A stretch of 64,000 bases of DNA from Eledone cirrhosa (Eukaryota): assembly GCA_964016885.1 (NCBI GenBank), contig OZ024742.1, positions 241,676,001-241,740,000 of the forward strand. The letters run 5' to 3'. Both the position numbers and the translations under genes were made by a program. Under the pieces are notes generated by a model. The model was not told the DNA's origin. It saw only the letters and a list, made by a program, of their open reading frames with translations, and ran no database searches. Of the stretch, positions 26,405 through 40,324 are shown in pieces (within the stretch, counting starts at the first letter, position 1; each line of letters begins with the position of its first letter).

Positions 26405-26785
26405 CGTCGGTTCATTTCAATGACCCTGGATTTCTGTGTATTTCGTTGTCTGTGGTTTTATTTTCAAAATCTAATTTTTAAAGATTTTCCTTTAAAAAAA
26501 TGTTTTTCGCTTTGGCTTATTTTCGTTCGTTCAGGACTAGGGTCAATTCGTCCTCTATAGTAAAAGAATCGGCTGGAGTAAGTTGGGCTTTACCATGTTT
26601 AAAAGTGCCCTAGAGACGCCGTATGACGGTGCCTCTAAGACTCCACAAGGAGCTATGGGATCTTTATTCTTATTCTTGTATATATATGCTTAGGAAATTC
26701 AACAAAGAGAGGACAAGATAACGGACGAAAACAAGTCAAAACGAAAATATTTTTTTAAAGAGAAACCTTAAAACATTATTTATGA

Positions 26786-26941
26786 CAGTATCGGTAGAGG
26801 GTCGGACACCATGCTTTGCAGCATAGAGTTCAAATCCCGCCGAGGTTAACTTTTCCTTTCATCCTTACAGGGTCGATAAAATAAAGCACCAGTAATACAC
26901 TGGTAATTGCTGGCCTTGTGCCAAAAGTAGAAACAATTATT
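26786..26941 (+). mobile_element. tRNA-derived SINE (main family, internal deletion)
   Basis: CAGTATCGGTAGAGGGTCGGAC...AAAAGTAGAAACAATTAT. Confidence 0.85.
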
Positions 26942-27279
26942 TATTCCTTAAATTATGTTGTTTGGTATATTATTTCCGTTTACTTTTTGCGCACAAACAC
27001 ACATATTGCCATTGAAACCGCAGGAGCTCAGTCATCGTGCCCGAATAACTTACAATATCTATACTCTATCTACCCACCTTTCAAGTATTTAGCTGAACAA
27101 TGGCCAAACTAGTCTAAATTGGTAACTCCAATCTCTCTCTCCCTCACTCTGTATATATATATATATATATATAAGTATTGAAATTTCCGTTGAAAACAGA
27201 AAAGGTCATAGAAGTGAAGAGTGCTCTATGTAAGTATCAGAGCAAAATTTAATGTATAAAAATCAATACAATATAATTA

Positions 27280-27349
27280 CCTCATTACCAGAGGTTTCCC
27301 GAATGAGGCGAATACGAAAGAAACGTCTTCATTCGTTCGTCAGACGAGG
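27280..27349 (-). ncRNA. Type I hammerhead ribozyme
   Basis: Reverse strand CCTCGT-CTGACGA-A-CGAATGA...TCATTCG-G-GAAA-CC tct GG-TA-ATGAGG. Confidence 0.75.
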
Positions 27350-27390
<41 letters not shown>

Positions 27391-27983
27391 TTGTAAAAGA
27401 AAAACAAATTTCTATAAATTTCATACTTGACGACCCAATATATATATATATAGATAGATAGATAGATATGTATATATATAAATGAGTGCACGTGAGTGTG
27501 CGTATTTGAGGGTGTGCTATGTCTGTGTGTGCGTGCCTTTCTCCTCTTGCTCCTAATGTCTTTAGAGACACCTCTCATTGGCGGAGACCCGTATTACGTG
27601 CACTCGGACAGGTTTCAAGCCTTGCGTTGCGCGGTTTCATCATATTACAGAGCAACGAAACATTCGCATTTCCTCCCTGCCTTCTTTCTTCTTTAATGTT
27701 CCACCGAAACGGTTTTGGACGATGCCTTGAATAAATATAAAATGACTTCAACAAAAAAAACAACAACAACAAAAACAAATCAAAACAAGACAAAAAGAAA
27801 AAGACTAACCACTGTGAAGCATTTAATCCGACATCTAATCTTTCGGATCAACTATTCGACATGTTCACGTCGAAGTGAGCTTCGTATGAGGGAATAATTC
27901 GCTTAAAGGTATTTTGCTGTCTATGCGAGTGTATATATATACACACACACACATACAAATATATAGATATATACACACACAAG

Positions 27984-28069
<86 letters not shown>

Positions 28070-28070
<1 letters not shown>

Positions 28071-28155
28071 GTGCAGAAATATATAAAGGAAAACAAACCG
28101 TTAAAACATGTTTATTTAAAATAGCACCTACGTACGTTTCGCCTATTTCTTCTTC
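28070..28155 (-). mobile_element. PLE-type 3' fragment with hammerhead 3' half
   Basis: Reverse strand GGC-GAAA-CGTACG-TA-GGTGC then AATAAA, ending in (TA)n. Confidence 0.5.
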
Positions 28156-28198
28156 TCTCTCTCGATACATAATTACTCTCTCTCTCTCTCTCTCTCTC

Positions 28199-28234
<36 letters not shown>

Positions 28235-28238
<4 letters not shown>

Positions 28239-28289
28239 CCAGCATGGCCTCAGCCGGATGGCTGAAACAGGTAAAAGAGTAAAAGAATA
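28235..28289 (+). mobile_element. SINE/LINE 3' tail fragment
   Basis: CCCAGCATGGCC-TCAGCC ggat GGCTGA-AACAGG-(TAAAAGA)2: hairpin plus short tandem tail. Confidence 0.5.
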
Positions 28290-28291
28290 TA

Positions 28292-28469
28292 TTTATTAAA
28301 ATAACAGATTAAAGTTTAAGCAAAGAATCGCTGCTTTCACCCTTAACAGGATCCCTTAACGGGATCTTCTTTAATAAATATTTGCTCTACGGTTCATATA
28401 TATTTTATATATATTTATCCTTATCGAACCCTCTTTGGATTTTAGTCTTCAAATTTATTATTATTACTA
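28292..28469 (-). mobile_element. 'Family C' repeat
   Basis: Reverse complement of both family C termini. Confidence 0.7.
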
Positions 28470-28504
28470 CACACACACATATATATATAAATATATAAAA
28501 ATTT

Positions 28505-28845
28505 CCTCCCCCCCCCTTTTTAAAAAATGTTTTTCCACCACTCTCGCTCACATCTTTGGAACTCTCTTCCTGCCCACTTTTCTCCCCATGAAGTGATTAT
28601 GCCCGAAACGTCGTCCCCCATTTCCCACTGTCAAGCGTGAAACTTATAATAATTGTTTCTACTCTAGGCACAAGGCCAGCAATTAACCAGTGTATTACTG
28701 GTACTTTATTTTATCGACCCCGTAAGGATGAAAGGCAAAGTCAACCTCGGTGGTATTTGAACTCAGATCGTAAAGGGACGTAACTAACATTTGTACTGCC
28801 TCTTCGTTTTTCAGCTTTTTGTTCTGTTTCGTTAAAAATAAAAAA

Positions 28846-28848
<3 letters not shown>
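28505..28848 (+). mobile_element. PLE pLTR fragment (degenerate hammerhead TTATGCCCGAAACGTCGTC) interrupted by a SINE
   Basis: Homologous to 45238-45365(-); sequence resumes after the SINE at 28785 (ACATTTGTACTGCCTCT). Confidence 0.65.
28647..28783 (-). mobile_element. Main-family SINE, 5' truncated
   Basis: Family consensus on reverse strand. Confidence 0.85.
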
Positions 28849-28904
<56 letters not shown>

Positions 28905-28905
28905 T

Positions 28906-28966
<61 letters not shown>

Positions 28967-29058
28967 TATGCAGAGGTTATATTTAATCTGTTGGGATACA
29001 ACAAGCTAAACATATTTTTATAATTGATATAAAGCACTCAACAAATTATTGGAGTAAA

Positions 29059-29233
29059 TATACAATATATTAACAAATGGAAACTATATTTATAAAACCA
29101 TATTTATTTCATTATACATATTCCAAGGGCCACCAGAGGAAACTATGGTGCGCTTTCATCAGATAAAATAATATGTATAATGAAATAAATATGGTTTTAT
29201 AAATATAGTTTCCATTTGTTAATATATTGTATA
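29059..29233. mobile_element. Inverted repeat with degenerate hammerhead (29107-29168, -)
   Basis: Arms 29059-29122 and 29171-29233; reverse strand TTTTAT-CTGATGA-AAGCGCACCA...TGGTGGCCCTT-GGAA-TATGTA-TA-ATGAAA. Confidence 0.65.
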
Positions 29234-29237
29234 ATAT

Positions 29238-29305
<68 letters not shown>

Positions 29306-29409
29306 TATACATATATACATATATATATACAATATATTATACAATATATTAATATATATATATATATATATATTAATATATATTATATATATATATATAT
29401 TAATATATA

Positions 29410-29462
<53 letters not shown>

Positions 29463-29813
29463 TATGGTGCGTGTGGGTGTGTTCGTTGGACTGTAAATAT
29501 GTGATCGCTTATGTTAAAAATGATAGAGTAAACAAAAAGAAAGAGGCAGTTTGAGAGAAATAGTGAGAGGTGGTGAGAGATAGAGTCAGAGAGATGGAAC
29601 GTGGGAATAAAAAAATATGTCCATGATTAATACACACATTAGCATATCCATAATACAACCGGTAGTTCACCGACTTCTTTCTATATGGTTTCTAACCGAT
29701 TTTTTTACCCGATTTAAGACGTTCAATTCATAGAAACACCTTCAAGTTTGCTTGAAAATCTTATTGCTTATCTATCTATAGTGTCTGTGTATGGATCAGC
29801 GCGTCTCACTCTC

Positions 29814-29888
<75 letters not shown>

Positions 29889-29912
29889 CCGCCCGCACGC
29901 ATACACACACGC

Positions 29913-29950
<38 letters not shown>

Positions 29951-30207
29951 ATATACATACATATAGATGCGTGGGTGTATCTATCTATCTCTGGAATGGA
30001 CACATGTGTTAAACTTGCTCGGTAAGTTTTGTTTAAATTTCTTTAGAAATTCGTCATTGGGAACTTTTATTTTATACCAATTTGTAGAGAGACTGACAGA
30101 TCATATTTTGATCTGGTCAGCCTCCCAAAATATCGTGCCCCTCAGGGCAAAAACATCCAAAATATTTTCGAAAAAATGTTTTTGCAAAACACTCCAATTT
30201 TTAAAAA

Positions 30208-32070
30208 ATGGCTGAAGCAAAGGCATCTACTTCCTTGTCAAAACAAGAAGATGGGAAGGGAAAGCCATGCCTACTTGACCAGCAGATAGGAGCAGGCATG
30301 GACAAAGGAATGCCAATATTATCGCCTCAACATTTAGAAGAGGAACAAGCTTCAGCTGCTTGTAAGCAACTGAATACGCCTGACGTCACAAACGTCACAT
30401 CTATCCACACACAGAAGGAAGTATGTGTAGCAAATACTAACACCACCACAAGCAACAACAACCACAATAAATGAGAACAACAACACAACAAAAAGAATCA
30501 GTGGCAACACAACGAATGAGACAATCATCACCACCAACAACAACTATAACAAAATTTCATTTGCGGCAACAGTTGCTAAGCAACAGGATTTTAAATACTA
30601 CTCCATTGACATTTCCCAAAAGTCCCAATATTTGGAAGAAGCTTCCAACTATGTGACGTTTGAGGGAGACACCCCACACATACCCCCACAAGTAAGAGAA
30701 ATGACAGAAAAAGAAGCTAATTTATAGAACAGTTGACATCCCTACAAAAAAAACCCATAACGCTCCCAACAAGCACTATCGAAGCTGCACTAAAAGACAT
30801 CAAGCCAGACGTGGCATACCTCCAAAGAGGTAAAAAGTATGGAAGTGTGTCAGTGCTCTTTAAGAGCGAAACTCTGGCAAAAAAACACTCGGTTCAACCA
30901 ATAAAAACGGATCAACACATTTTCTTCCCCACATACATGGGAAGCAGATCATACAAAATAAAAATAACCAGGATCCCAGCAGAGGTCAACATATGGTGGA
31001 TCCTACGCTGCATCCTGAAGAAGGATGAGGACACCCTCCTATCTGTAGACAGGACAGACCGGCATAACTGGTTTGGAACCTGCATCGAGGTTCTGGTACA
31101 AATGAGGCCAGAGAGAGTTGAGAAAATACCGGACAGGATCGTCCTTGAGGAAGATATCATCTCCATTTTAGTGGGGGTGGGGGGGAAGACCTCACTGCCA
31201 TAAGTGTGGGAAAACCACACGCTTAAAGGCCTTTTGCCCTCTCTTAAACAAACCGAGGACAAATAAGGTGTTATTACCAACACTAAAACCCCAACATCAA
31301 CACTCCAAACCAAACACAACACAAACACCTGCAACATCCACTCACACACCACCAGAGACAAACACACACACAAAATCCCACTGAAAAAACCTCCATTGCC
31401 TCCCCTCCCTATCAAATACGTCCACCTGCACAAACACTCCACCACACAACATACCCCTCCCATCTACCCCTGATTCAGAAGTCTCAGACACGGGAACCTC
31501 TACATCTCCAAGTGAGAATGAAGAGGAACCCCCAAAATCCCCAAAACAAAAAAGATACAAAAAAGACACAAAAACATCTATAGAAAACACGCACACACCC
31601 AACCCCACCATAAATACACCGCCACAAACGACAAACACACCAACAGCACAATCACCACCACCACAACCAAACACTTCACCAACAAAACAAACACCCACAC
31701 CACCACAATCACAAACCCCAACCACAAAAAGAAAACTACAAACAGAAACAGTACACAGAAAAAACAAAACACACTACACATACATAAAAACAAGAAACAA
31801 AGAACTGGTGGAAACTGTCCGAAAGGACCCCACAATACAAACGGAAGGGAAAACCTTCCCCACCAACGACCCACCCCCAAACCTCAAACTTATCAGGGTA
31901 ACAACCCTACAGTATGAAACTTTAAAAGAACTTCCCACATGATTTGGGCCCCCCTTGCCAAAAGCCCCTTATCCGTGTCCTGCTAAAAGGATTCCCTCCC
32001 TCCATCTCCAAACACCACCAATCTGGACATGGAGATCTAACAACCCGACCTCCAGGAAACGAAAACGTAA
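30208..32070 (+). pseudogene. LINE ORF1 remnant (RRM-like region, CCHC-knuckle relic, Thr/Pro-rich tail)
   Basis: ORFs 30208.. and 30733..31203; TGCCATAAGTGTGGGAAA = CHKCGK near 31196, matching CYLCGNRGH in the second copy. Confidence 0.65.
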
Positions 32071-32110
32071 GTGTTCCTGCCTTTTCTCTCCTTAACTCTT
32101 CTTCACCAAC

Positions 32111-35100
32111 ATGGCGACTTTACAAGCTGGATGTTTGAATGTACGTGGCCTGGGCATGTCCTGGAAACAGGGCCAGCTTTTAAATGATCTCAGGTCACAT
32201 TGTATAGATGTGATAGCCACCACTGAGTCCAGGATTCACGACAAGCAGCAGCTAACCCCCATATTCGATGATTTTGAGATCTACGCATCTCTGTTAGCCA
32301 AGAGGTGGAGGGGGAGTTGCTGTTCTGTTTCGAAAAAAACTTGGATCTCAAAATATAGACGATTCACTTGGACCCGGAGGGCAGCCTGGTGATCCTGGAC
32401 GTGAATGGTAGTGAAGGTGGAGCTTTCAGACTGGTGGCCGTATATGCCCCGACTGGGACATCGCGACCAGAGTTCTTCAAGCGTCTGAAGCCATTTCTGG
32501 GAACGTCTCGCTCCTTAATGTTAGCGGGGGACTGGAATGGCATCTTAGATGCTCGTTGGGACTATGTAGGAGCTTGTGATAATAGAGGGGGGTGTAAGAG
32601 CCTCAAAAATCTCACCAGCCAATTCCAACTGGCTGATAGATATCGACTAGACTTCCCAAGTGCACCACTGTGGACGTGGAGCAACCGCACTCGGTCTTCT
32701 AGATCGTATTTAGATATATTTTTAATTAGAGAGAATGATAAGGAAACATTAAACTGTCCACAAATGCACATGGTTGCCTATTCAGACCACAAATTAGTCA
32801 CCTGCGTAGTCAACCTTGATAGACAGGGACCCGGATACTGGAAGCTAAACATGTCGCTCCCGGCGCGTAAGGCCTACAGTAAACGGATTAGCACCTTAGT
32901 TAAGTGCCAGTTGACAGGGGCGATCGTCAACAACAGATGGTGGAGCTCTCTCAAGAGAGCAATTAGAATAGAATAGATAGCATTTAGCAAGGAAGTAGCT
33001 TTAGAAAAAAACAAAACTGAAAAGGAACTGGTAGCTAAAATAGAAGAGGCACTTAGGAATGGCAGTACAGCTGACGTGCTAGCGGCGATAACGGCACTAG
33101 ACTAGTTCTTCAACGTGAAACACGAAGGTTGTATTGTCAGAAGTAGAACACGTGCTCTAAGAAACGAGGGAGCCAAAGCTGTTAGCTGGGACCGAGTGGC
33201 AGAGGCGAAAAGTGGCAACAAATCCACAATTCGGTCTTTGCAAGACAAAGATGGAGGCATTATGCTTGAATCCAAGCAGATGTGCGCGGCCTTCCAGCAG
33301 CATTTTGCACAACTGTTCGGGCAAAGCGGTACATCGAGCGAGGTGATGGACTGCAGCTCCTACCTCGACGGCGTACCACGACTCTTGAGCACGGATGCGG
33401 AGAGCTGCGAAAGGCCGATCACAGCGGGCGAAATAGAAGATGCCCTAGGCCACTGCGGGAAACGCAAATCACCCGGTTTAGATGGTCTACCCTATGAGTT
33501 TTACATAGGCATGCAAGACTTGTTCTCTGGCGTCCTCGAAGCGGTCTACTGCATTGGCAGCAGAACGGGAGGATTCCCAGTTCTGTAGGCAGAGGCGTAG
33601 TAACGCTGATCAGGAAAGATGAGAACAAGGGGGGTGAGATAAGCAATTTCAGGCCCATAACTCTGCTCAACACAGAGTTAAAGATTTTGGCCAAGGTGTT
33701 AGCAGCAACACTGGCGCTTGTCGTCCAGAGCCTGGTAGGGAAGCCCAAACGTGTGTGCAATCCCGACCATACACGACAACCTACACCTCATGCGATACAT
33801 CAAAGAGAGGGTAGGGTGTAAACCTGGCTTTGGTGGGGCTCTGATCAATTTAGATCAGTCTAAGACATTTGATAGGGTCGACCATCAATACTTGGAAGCA
33901 GTTCTCAAGGCGGCCGGCTTCGGTCCCGTCTTCAGAGGCTGGATCGCTGCCATGCACACCAGCATCTGTTCGGCAGTCAAGGTGAATGGCTACCTATCAG
34001 AGCCATTCCAAATCATGCGTTCCATCCGTCAGGGATGCCCTCCCTCCATTCTGTATGTACTGACTCTCGAGCCGTTACTGCGGAAATTGGAGCTGTTGCA
34101 GGGCATCCCGATCGAACCAGGACTGCGGAGCGCAGCGTCAGCCTATGCCGACGACATAACTGTAATGGTGTCGAAAACCTCCGAAATCAGGGTAATCGGC
34201 AACCTATTACAGGAATACGAAACGTTGACAAGAACAAGACTAAACCCAAACAAGTCTGTCGATTTGCAACTCGGCACATGGAGAGGCAAACCCATGCCTT
34301 CCGACAGTGTGGTTGGACGCTGGACGGAAGGACCGGTGAAATTGCTCGGGGTCTGGTTCGGTCCAGACCTCCAGGTGGACAAGAACTGCAACGAAGTCAC
34401 GGCGAAGGGGTTTGCATTCACCAAGAAGTGGGCTTAGTGCAAACTCTCCTTGAAAGGTCGAGCGGAGGTGGCGAACACTTACATAGCGTCCGTCATCTAC
34501 TACCGCTTGACAGTCGTGCTTTTCCCCCGCGAATACCTTACCAAAATGGTACGCCTACTCTTCAAGTTCCTCTGGTAGAAACAGGTTCCATTGGTGAGGA
34601 GTTCCATCTGCTGTCAACACCCTTCTAACGGAGGGCTGGGTATGCCGTGGCTGATGATGCGCAAACACGCGCTGAGGCTCCGCCATCTCCAGGTATTCCT
34701 GACCGGTAAACCGGTGTGGCTGTCGTTTGTGAGACAAGCTCTTCTACAACTCGTCTCACTAACAGAGCTGCAGTCCTGGGACAAGTGAAGATCGAAAATG
34801 GGTGCCTGACACCTCGAGTACCTACAGGCGCTCACAGCCCTCTACCAAGCGGACACGGCAATCAGCGGCGACCCCACTTCGACATTCTATAGGGGATTAG
34901 TGGAGGATAAGTGCGACGATGTTCTCGGGAAAACTCTAGGCATCGAGGAGGACGAACTGACCAATATGTTCGGGAGGACTTCCGTCCAGGGCCTATGGAT
35001 AACTTCCAGAGGTCTCTGGCCTGGCAGTGCTACCGAGGAACTCTACCCGTTCGAGACAAAATCTACAGGCACGGACGCCTTGGCAGAGATCCTGCCAAGA

Positions 35101-35508
35101 TGCGAGCAGGACATCGAAACCGTTTTGCACGCAATTGTTCAGTGCCCAGGGGTGACCGACCTGTGGAATTATGTGGAACGGCTGCTGTTACGTGTGGGAT
35201 GTATCCAGTTGTCAGCCGAGTCCATCGTGAGGATCACCCCGCCGCCTTCATTTAAGAACGAAGGAGAGGCGGTTTTCCTCTGTCTGGTGCCTATGGCGAA
35301 AGAGGTAATATGGTGGACGAGGTTAAAAGGACTGAGGGCAAGCACCTTTCTCTCCGGACAACAACTTATCCCCTTCTTTAAGTATCACTTCAGAAGGAAG
35401 GTGAGAGTGGAGAGAGAGGTGCTACACCCCAGTAAATTTGCTGAAAAGTGGGTGAATGTGACAAAAATGGCCCGAGTGAATGGGCCTTCTCTGTATATAA
35501 ACCTGTAG
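32111..35508 (+). pseudogene. LINE ORF2 (APE + RT + Zn finger), multiple frameshifts/stops
   Basis: LNVRGL, VYAP, GDWN, SYLD, SDHK, YWKLN, KSPGLDGLPYEFY, LDQSKTFDRVDH, IRQGCP, YADD, KLLGVWF, HAIVQC. Confidence 0.93.
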
Positions 35509-35938
35509 GTTGAGGAAGATAAACAGAGGGAAGACAGGAACACCTACAAAACTTGTTCCTGGTGTTGAGGGTTGTTCTATCCACGGGGTGTAAAACAACT
35601 CAGCAGTAACGCCCCCCCCCCTCTGGGGATTTGAATTGTTATTTTATTATATATAGTTTATTGTTATTTATTAATGTTAAAGTTATTTTTATGTAAAACC
35701 CTCGCCGTCACGTCTTGTAATGTCATATTTTTCTACGCCCGTGTGGCAAATAAAGAAAGATATCTATCTATCTATCTATCTATTTATTTATTTATTTATC
35801 AATCTATCTATGTAAATAATCTCTCTATCTCTCTATCCACCTATCCATCCAACAATCTCTCTATCTATCTATATATCTATTAATAAAGTTCTGACACAAA
35901 TAAGGCCAGAACGCATCGCCCAAATCCCTGAGCGCGTC

Positions 35939-36652
35939 ATGCTGGATGACCGTACCCACCTCAACATTATTGTGGAGGGTACGCGTCCCTCCTGTTACCT
36001 CTGTGGCAATAGAGGTCACCTGAGGGCTGCCTGTCCGCAGCTCACACAGAAAAAAACACTGCTACCAACACCAACACCACCCCAACAACAACAAAAACAA
36101 CCACAACAACAACAACAACATAAACCAAAAACACCACCACCACCACCACCACCACAACAACAACAACAACAACAACAAACACGTGAAAAAACAACACAGA
36201 ATACTGTCCCACCCAACCCCTCCCCACTCAAAATAAATACAAAAACACACACACCGCAAACACTACGAGAAACATACCCCTCCCACCCAACAAGAAAGAC
36301 GAACCCCTTTCGTCGCAAGACGAAAAAGATCCCTTCCAAACAGTAAAAAGAAAGAAGAGGAGGCGCACCACATACACACTTGTTAACATTAACCCTCCCC
36401 AACAGAAAACAAACTATATACAAACCACCCCTCCCCGTCACACAACACTACCTGTTACGCAAAAAAAGACTTTACAATATACATACATGAACACAGACAA
36501 CAAAGAACTACTGAAAACAATTTCATCAAACCCTTCGGTCCAAACTGAAGGGCCTAACTTTATAACTGCTGTGGGACTACCTCATTTAAAAATGATTAAA
36601 GTCCCAATGAACTTTTATAAAACATTGAAAATAAATTTCACGGAGGACGTGC

Positions 36653-36683
<31 letters not shown>

Positions 36684-36888
36684 CCCACACCCCTGCGCCA
36701 AACCAATCAACCGCGTCCTCCTAAAAATGTTCACCCCTCCCCACCCAGACACCCACTCAACCACAAACGCCCCAACCCCACAACACACTGATGCCCCTTC
36801 ACTTCCACAAACCACCACCCCACCCAACAACCTATCCCCAACCAACATGGAAATTGAGCGGCCCGCTTCCCGGGACGCAGAGAGGTAA
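35939..36888 (+). pseudogene. LINE ORF1 C-terminal remnant with CCHC zinc knuckle
   Basis: CYLCGNRGHLRAAC; PCAKPINRVLLK matches PCQKPLIRVLLK in the first copy. Confidence 0.8.
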
Positions 36889-36912
36889 GTGCCTTTTCTC
36901 CTTACCACCAAC

Positions 36913-39900
36913 ATGGCTGCGCTAAGAGTAGGGTGTCTAAATGCGCGTGGCCTGTGCTCATCTTGGAAGCAAGCAATGCTTCTAAATGATCTCAGGTCAC
37001 GATCTATAAATGTGATGGTTATCTGCGAGACCCGGATCAGCAGCATGCGACAGCTAGCCCCCACCTTTGACGACTTTGAGATGCACGCATCTCTCTGTCA
37101 GCCCGGAGGTGGGGGTGGGGTTGTCGTTCTGCTGCAAAAACATCTGGGTCTTGCCACACAGATAGTTCACTTGGACCCAGGGGGTCGACTGGTGATGCTG
37201 GACCTTGGCAGTGGTGAAGGGGGAGCCTTTAGGCTGGTAGCCGCATATGCCCCTTTTGGGACAGAGCGGCCCGACTTTTTCCAGCGTCTGGAGTCTTTGC
37301 TTTTAGTGGGGGATTGGAATGGTATCCTAGATGCACGTTGGGACTATGCAGGGGCATGTCCCGATAGAGAGGGGCGCAACAGTCTCAAGGGGTTACTCGG
37401 CCGATTTGACCTGGCCGATAGATTTCGACTAGATTTTCCGACGGTGCCAACCTGGTCTTGGTCAAATCGCAGCGGATCATCTAGGTCGTACCTAGATAGG
37501 TTTTTAGTTAGAAATAAGGACAGGGACTTTTTAAGTTGTCCAGAAATGCTCATGGTTGGCTATTCAGACCACAAGTTGCTGACCTGCATGGTCAACCTTG
37601 ATAGAACGCATAGACAGGGCTCCGGTTACTGGAAGCTCAACTTGTCCTTGCCGGCAAGTAGAGCTTACAGGGATCGGATTAGTACGTTAATTAAGGAACG
37701 GTTGACTGGAGCGATCGTCAACAGCAGGTCGTGGGTATCTCTAAAGAGAGAGATTAGAGTAGTCTCGATAGAATTTAGTAAGGTTCTAGCTGCGGATAGG
37801 AATAGGAAGGAAAGGGAGCTAATAGATAGAGTAGAAGAGGCAATTAGAAGCGGCGACGTGGCCAGAGTGCTAGCGTCGAGAACGGCTTTGAGCCAGTTTT
37901 TCGACGCGAAGCACGAAGGCTGCGTTGTCCGAAGTAAAATACGTGCTCTATGGAACGAGGGGACCAAAGCTGTTAGCTGGGCCCGCGTGACAGAGGCCAA
38001 GAGTGGAACTAAATCCACCATCCGGTCTTTGCGAGACCAGGATGGACGGGCGATCCTTGAGCCTAAGCAGATGTGTGAGGCCTTTCAAAGGCACTTGCCC
38101 GACTGTTCGGAGGGGGCGGGGAGCCGGTTGGGGATGTGGACTTCGGTCCATACCTCGACGGCTTGCCGCGTCTCTCGGACAGGGAGGCGAAGTCCTGCGA
38201 GAAGCCGATTTCGGCCGCTGAGATAGAGGACGTGCTGAGCCAATGCGGCAAACGCAAATCCCCGGGTCTCGATGGTCTTCCATACGAATTATATCTAGCT
38301 ATGCCGGACTTGTTCCCCGATCTTCTCGAGGCGGTCTACTGCAACTGGCAACAGAACGGGAGAATTCCCTGTACTGTGACCAAGGGCGTAGTCACGCTAG
38401 TGAGGAAGGACGAGAACAAGGGAGACGAAATAAGTAACTTCAGGCCCATAACTCTGCTAAATACAGAGTTACAGATTTTAGCCAAGGTGCTAGCAAAGAG
38501 GTTGGCGCTTGTCGTGGGCAACCTGGTGGGAGATGCGCAGACATGTGCTATCCCGTCCAGGTCCATCCATGACAACCTCCACCTCATGCGATACATCATA
38601 GAGAGGGTTGGGAACGAACCCGGCTTTGGTGGGGCTCTGATCAACTTGGATCAATCTAAGGCGTTCGATAGGGTCGACCATGGTTACCTGGATGCGGTGC
38701 TAGCGGCGGCAGGCTTCGGACCCGTTTTCAGGGGCTGGATCACTGCTATGCACAGCAGCCGCATCTGCTCTAGGGTCAAGGTGAACGGCTACCTCTGGAG
38801 CCGTTCAAAATCGCGCGGTCCATCCGACAAGGGTGCCCTCTCTCCTCCCTTCTGTATGTGTTGACTCTCGAGCCACTACTGCGGAAGTTGGAGTTGTTGC
38901 AGGGCATCCCTTTGGAACCGGGATTGCGGAAAGCGGTGTCAGCCTACGCCGATCACGTGACAGTAATGGTGTCAACGGCCTCCGAAATCGGGGCGATCGG
39001 TACCTTACTGGAGGAGTACGAAAGGTTCACAGGGGCTAAGCTGAACCGGGACAAGTCGATCGGTTTGCAACTCGGCACGTGGAGGCGCAAACCGATGCCC
39101 TCCGATGGCGTCGTCGGACGCTGGACGGAGGGCCCGGTGAAGTTGCTCGGGGTCTGGTTCGGACCAGACCTCCAGGTGGAGAAGAACTGGGGTGAGGTTA
39201 CGAACAGGGTGTTTATACTGACCCAGAAGTGGGCCAGTTGCAAACTATCCCTGAAAGGTCGGGCGGAGGTGGCGAACACCTATATAGCGTCCGTCATCTA
39301 CTACCGCCTGACCGCCGTGCCTTGCCCAAGGGAAACCCTCGCCAAGATGGAGCGCGCGCTCTTCCAATTCCTTTGGAAGAGGCGGCTCCCTTGGTGAGGA
39401 GATCCATCTACTGTCAACACCCTTCGAAAGGAGGGCTGGGGATGCCGTGGCTAGTAATGCGTAAACACGCATTAAGGCTACGGCACCTCCACGTATTCCT
39501 CACCGGTCAACCGGGGTGGGCCTCGTTTGTGAGACGAACCTTCCCAGACTCGTCTCACTCACCGAGTTGCAATCCTGGGTCAAGTAAAGACCGAGAAAAC
39601 TGGGCGCCTGGCACACTCAGTGTGCTCAGGCGCTCACCGCCCTCTGGCAGGCGGATCCGGTTATCAGTGGACACTCCACCGCAACATTCTATAGAGGGCT
39701 GGTATACAACAGGTGCGACGATGCCCTCGGAGAAGCCCTAGACATGGAGGAAGACGATCTGGCCAGCCTGTTCGGTAGGACATTCAGCACGGGACCTATG
39801 GACAACTTCCAGAAGTCCCTGGCCTGGCAGTGCTACCGAGGGGCTCTACCCGTTCAAGAAAAGCTCTACAGACACGGGCGCCCGGGTAGGGACCCCGCCA

Positions 39901-40324
39901 AAAAGATCTGTCCCAGATGCGTGTGCGACGAGGAAACCGTTGCACACGCATTGGTACACTGCTCGGGCGTAGCCGATCTGTGGGGCTATGTCGAACAACT
40001 GCTGTCAAGGGTGGGACCGATCCGGTTGACCACCGAGTTTATTGTAATGATCAAGCCGCCTCCCCCCTTCAAAAATGAAGGAGAGGCGGTGTTTCTGTGC
40101 GTAATAGCCATGGTGAAAGAGGTTTATGGTGGACGCGTCTGAAAGGACTGAGGTCAGGCACCTTTCTCTCTGGCCAACAACTGGTCCGTTTCTTCCGATA
40201 TCATTTCGGAAGAAGGATCAGGATGGAGAGAGAGGTGCTCCACCCCAGTCGTTCTTATGAAAGATGGGTGAAAGTGGCGAGAATGGCCCGTGCAAATGGG
40301 CCTTCTCTTTACATCAGCCTGTAG
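36913..40324 (+). pseudogene. LINE ORF2 (APE + RT + Zn finger), frameshifted; catalytic YADD reads YADH
   Basis: ORFs 36889..38226, 38136..38864, 38858..39397, 39744..40142 and 40097..40324; motifs FRPITLLN, DQSKAFDRVDH, CPRC...HALVHC. Confidence 0.93.

Larger units (their letters stand above)
29991..35760 (+). mobile_element. L1/Tx1-type LINE, near full length, degraded
   Basis: ORF1 remnants, APE, RT and C-terminal Zn finger; 3' UTR ends GGCAAATAAAGAAAGA; (TATC)n on both sides. Confidence 0.92.

Noticed and set aside
27566-27610. Possible small host exon (DTSHWRRPVLRALGQ)
   Set aside because: Plausible acceptor but a weak donor and no recognisable homology.
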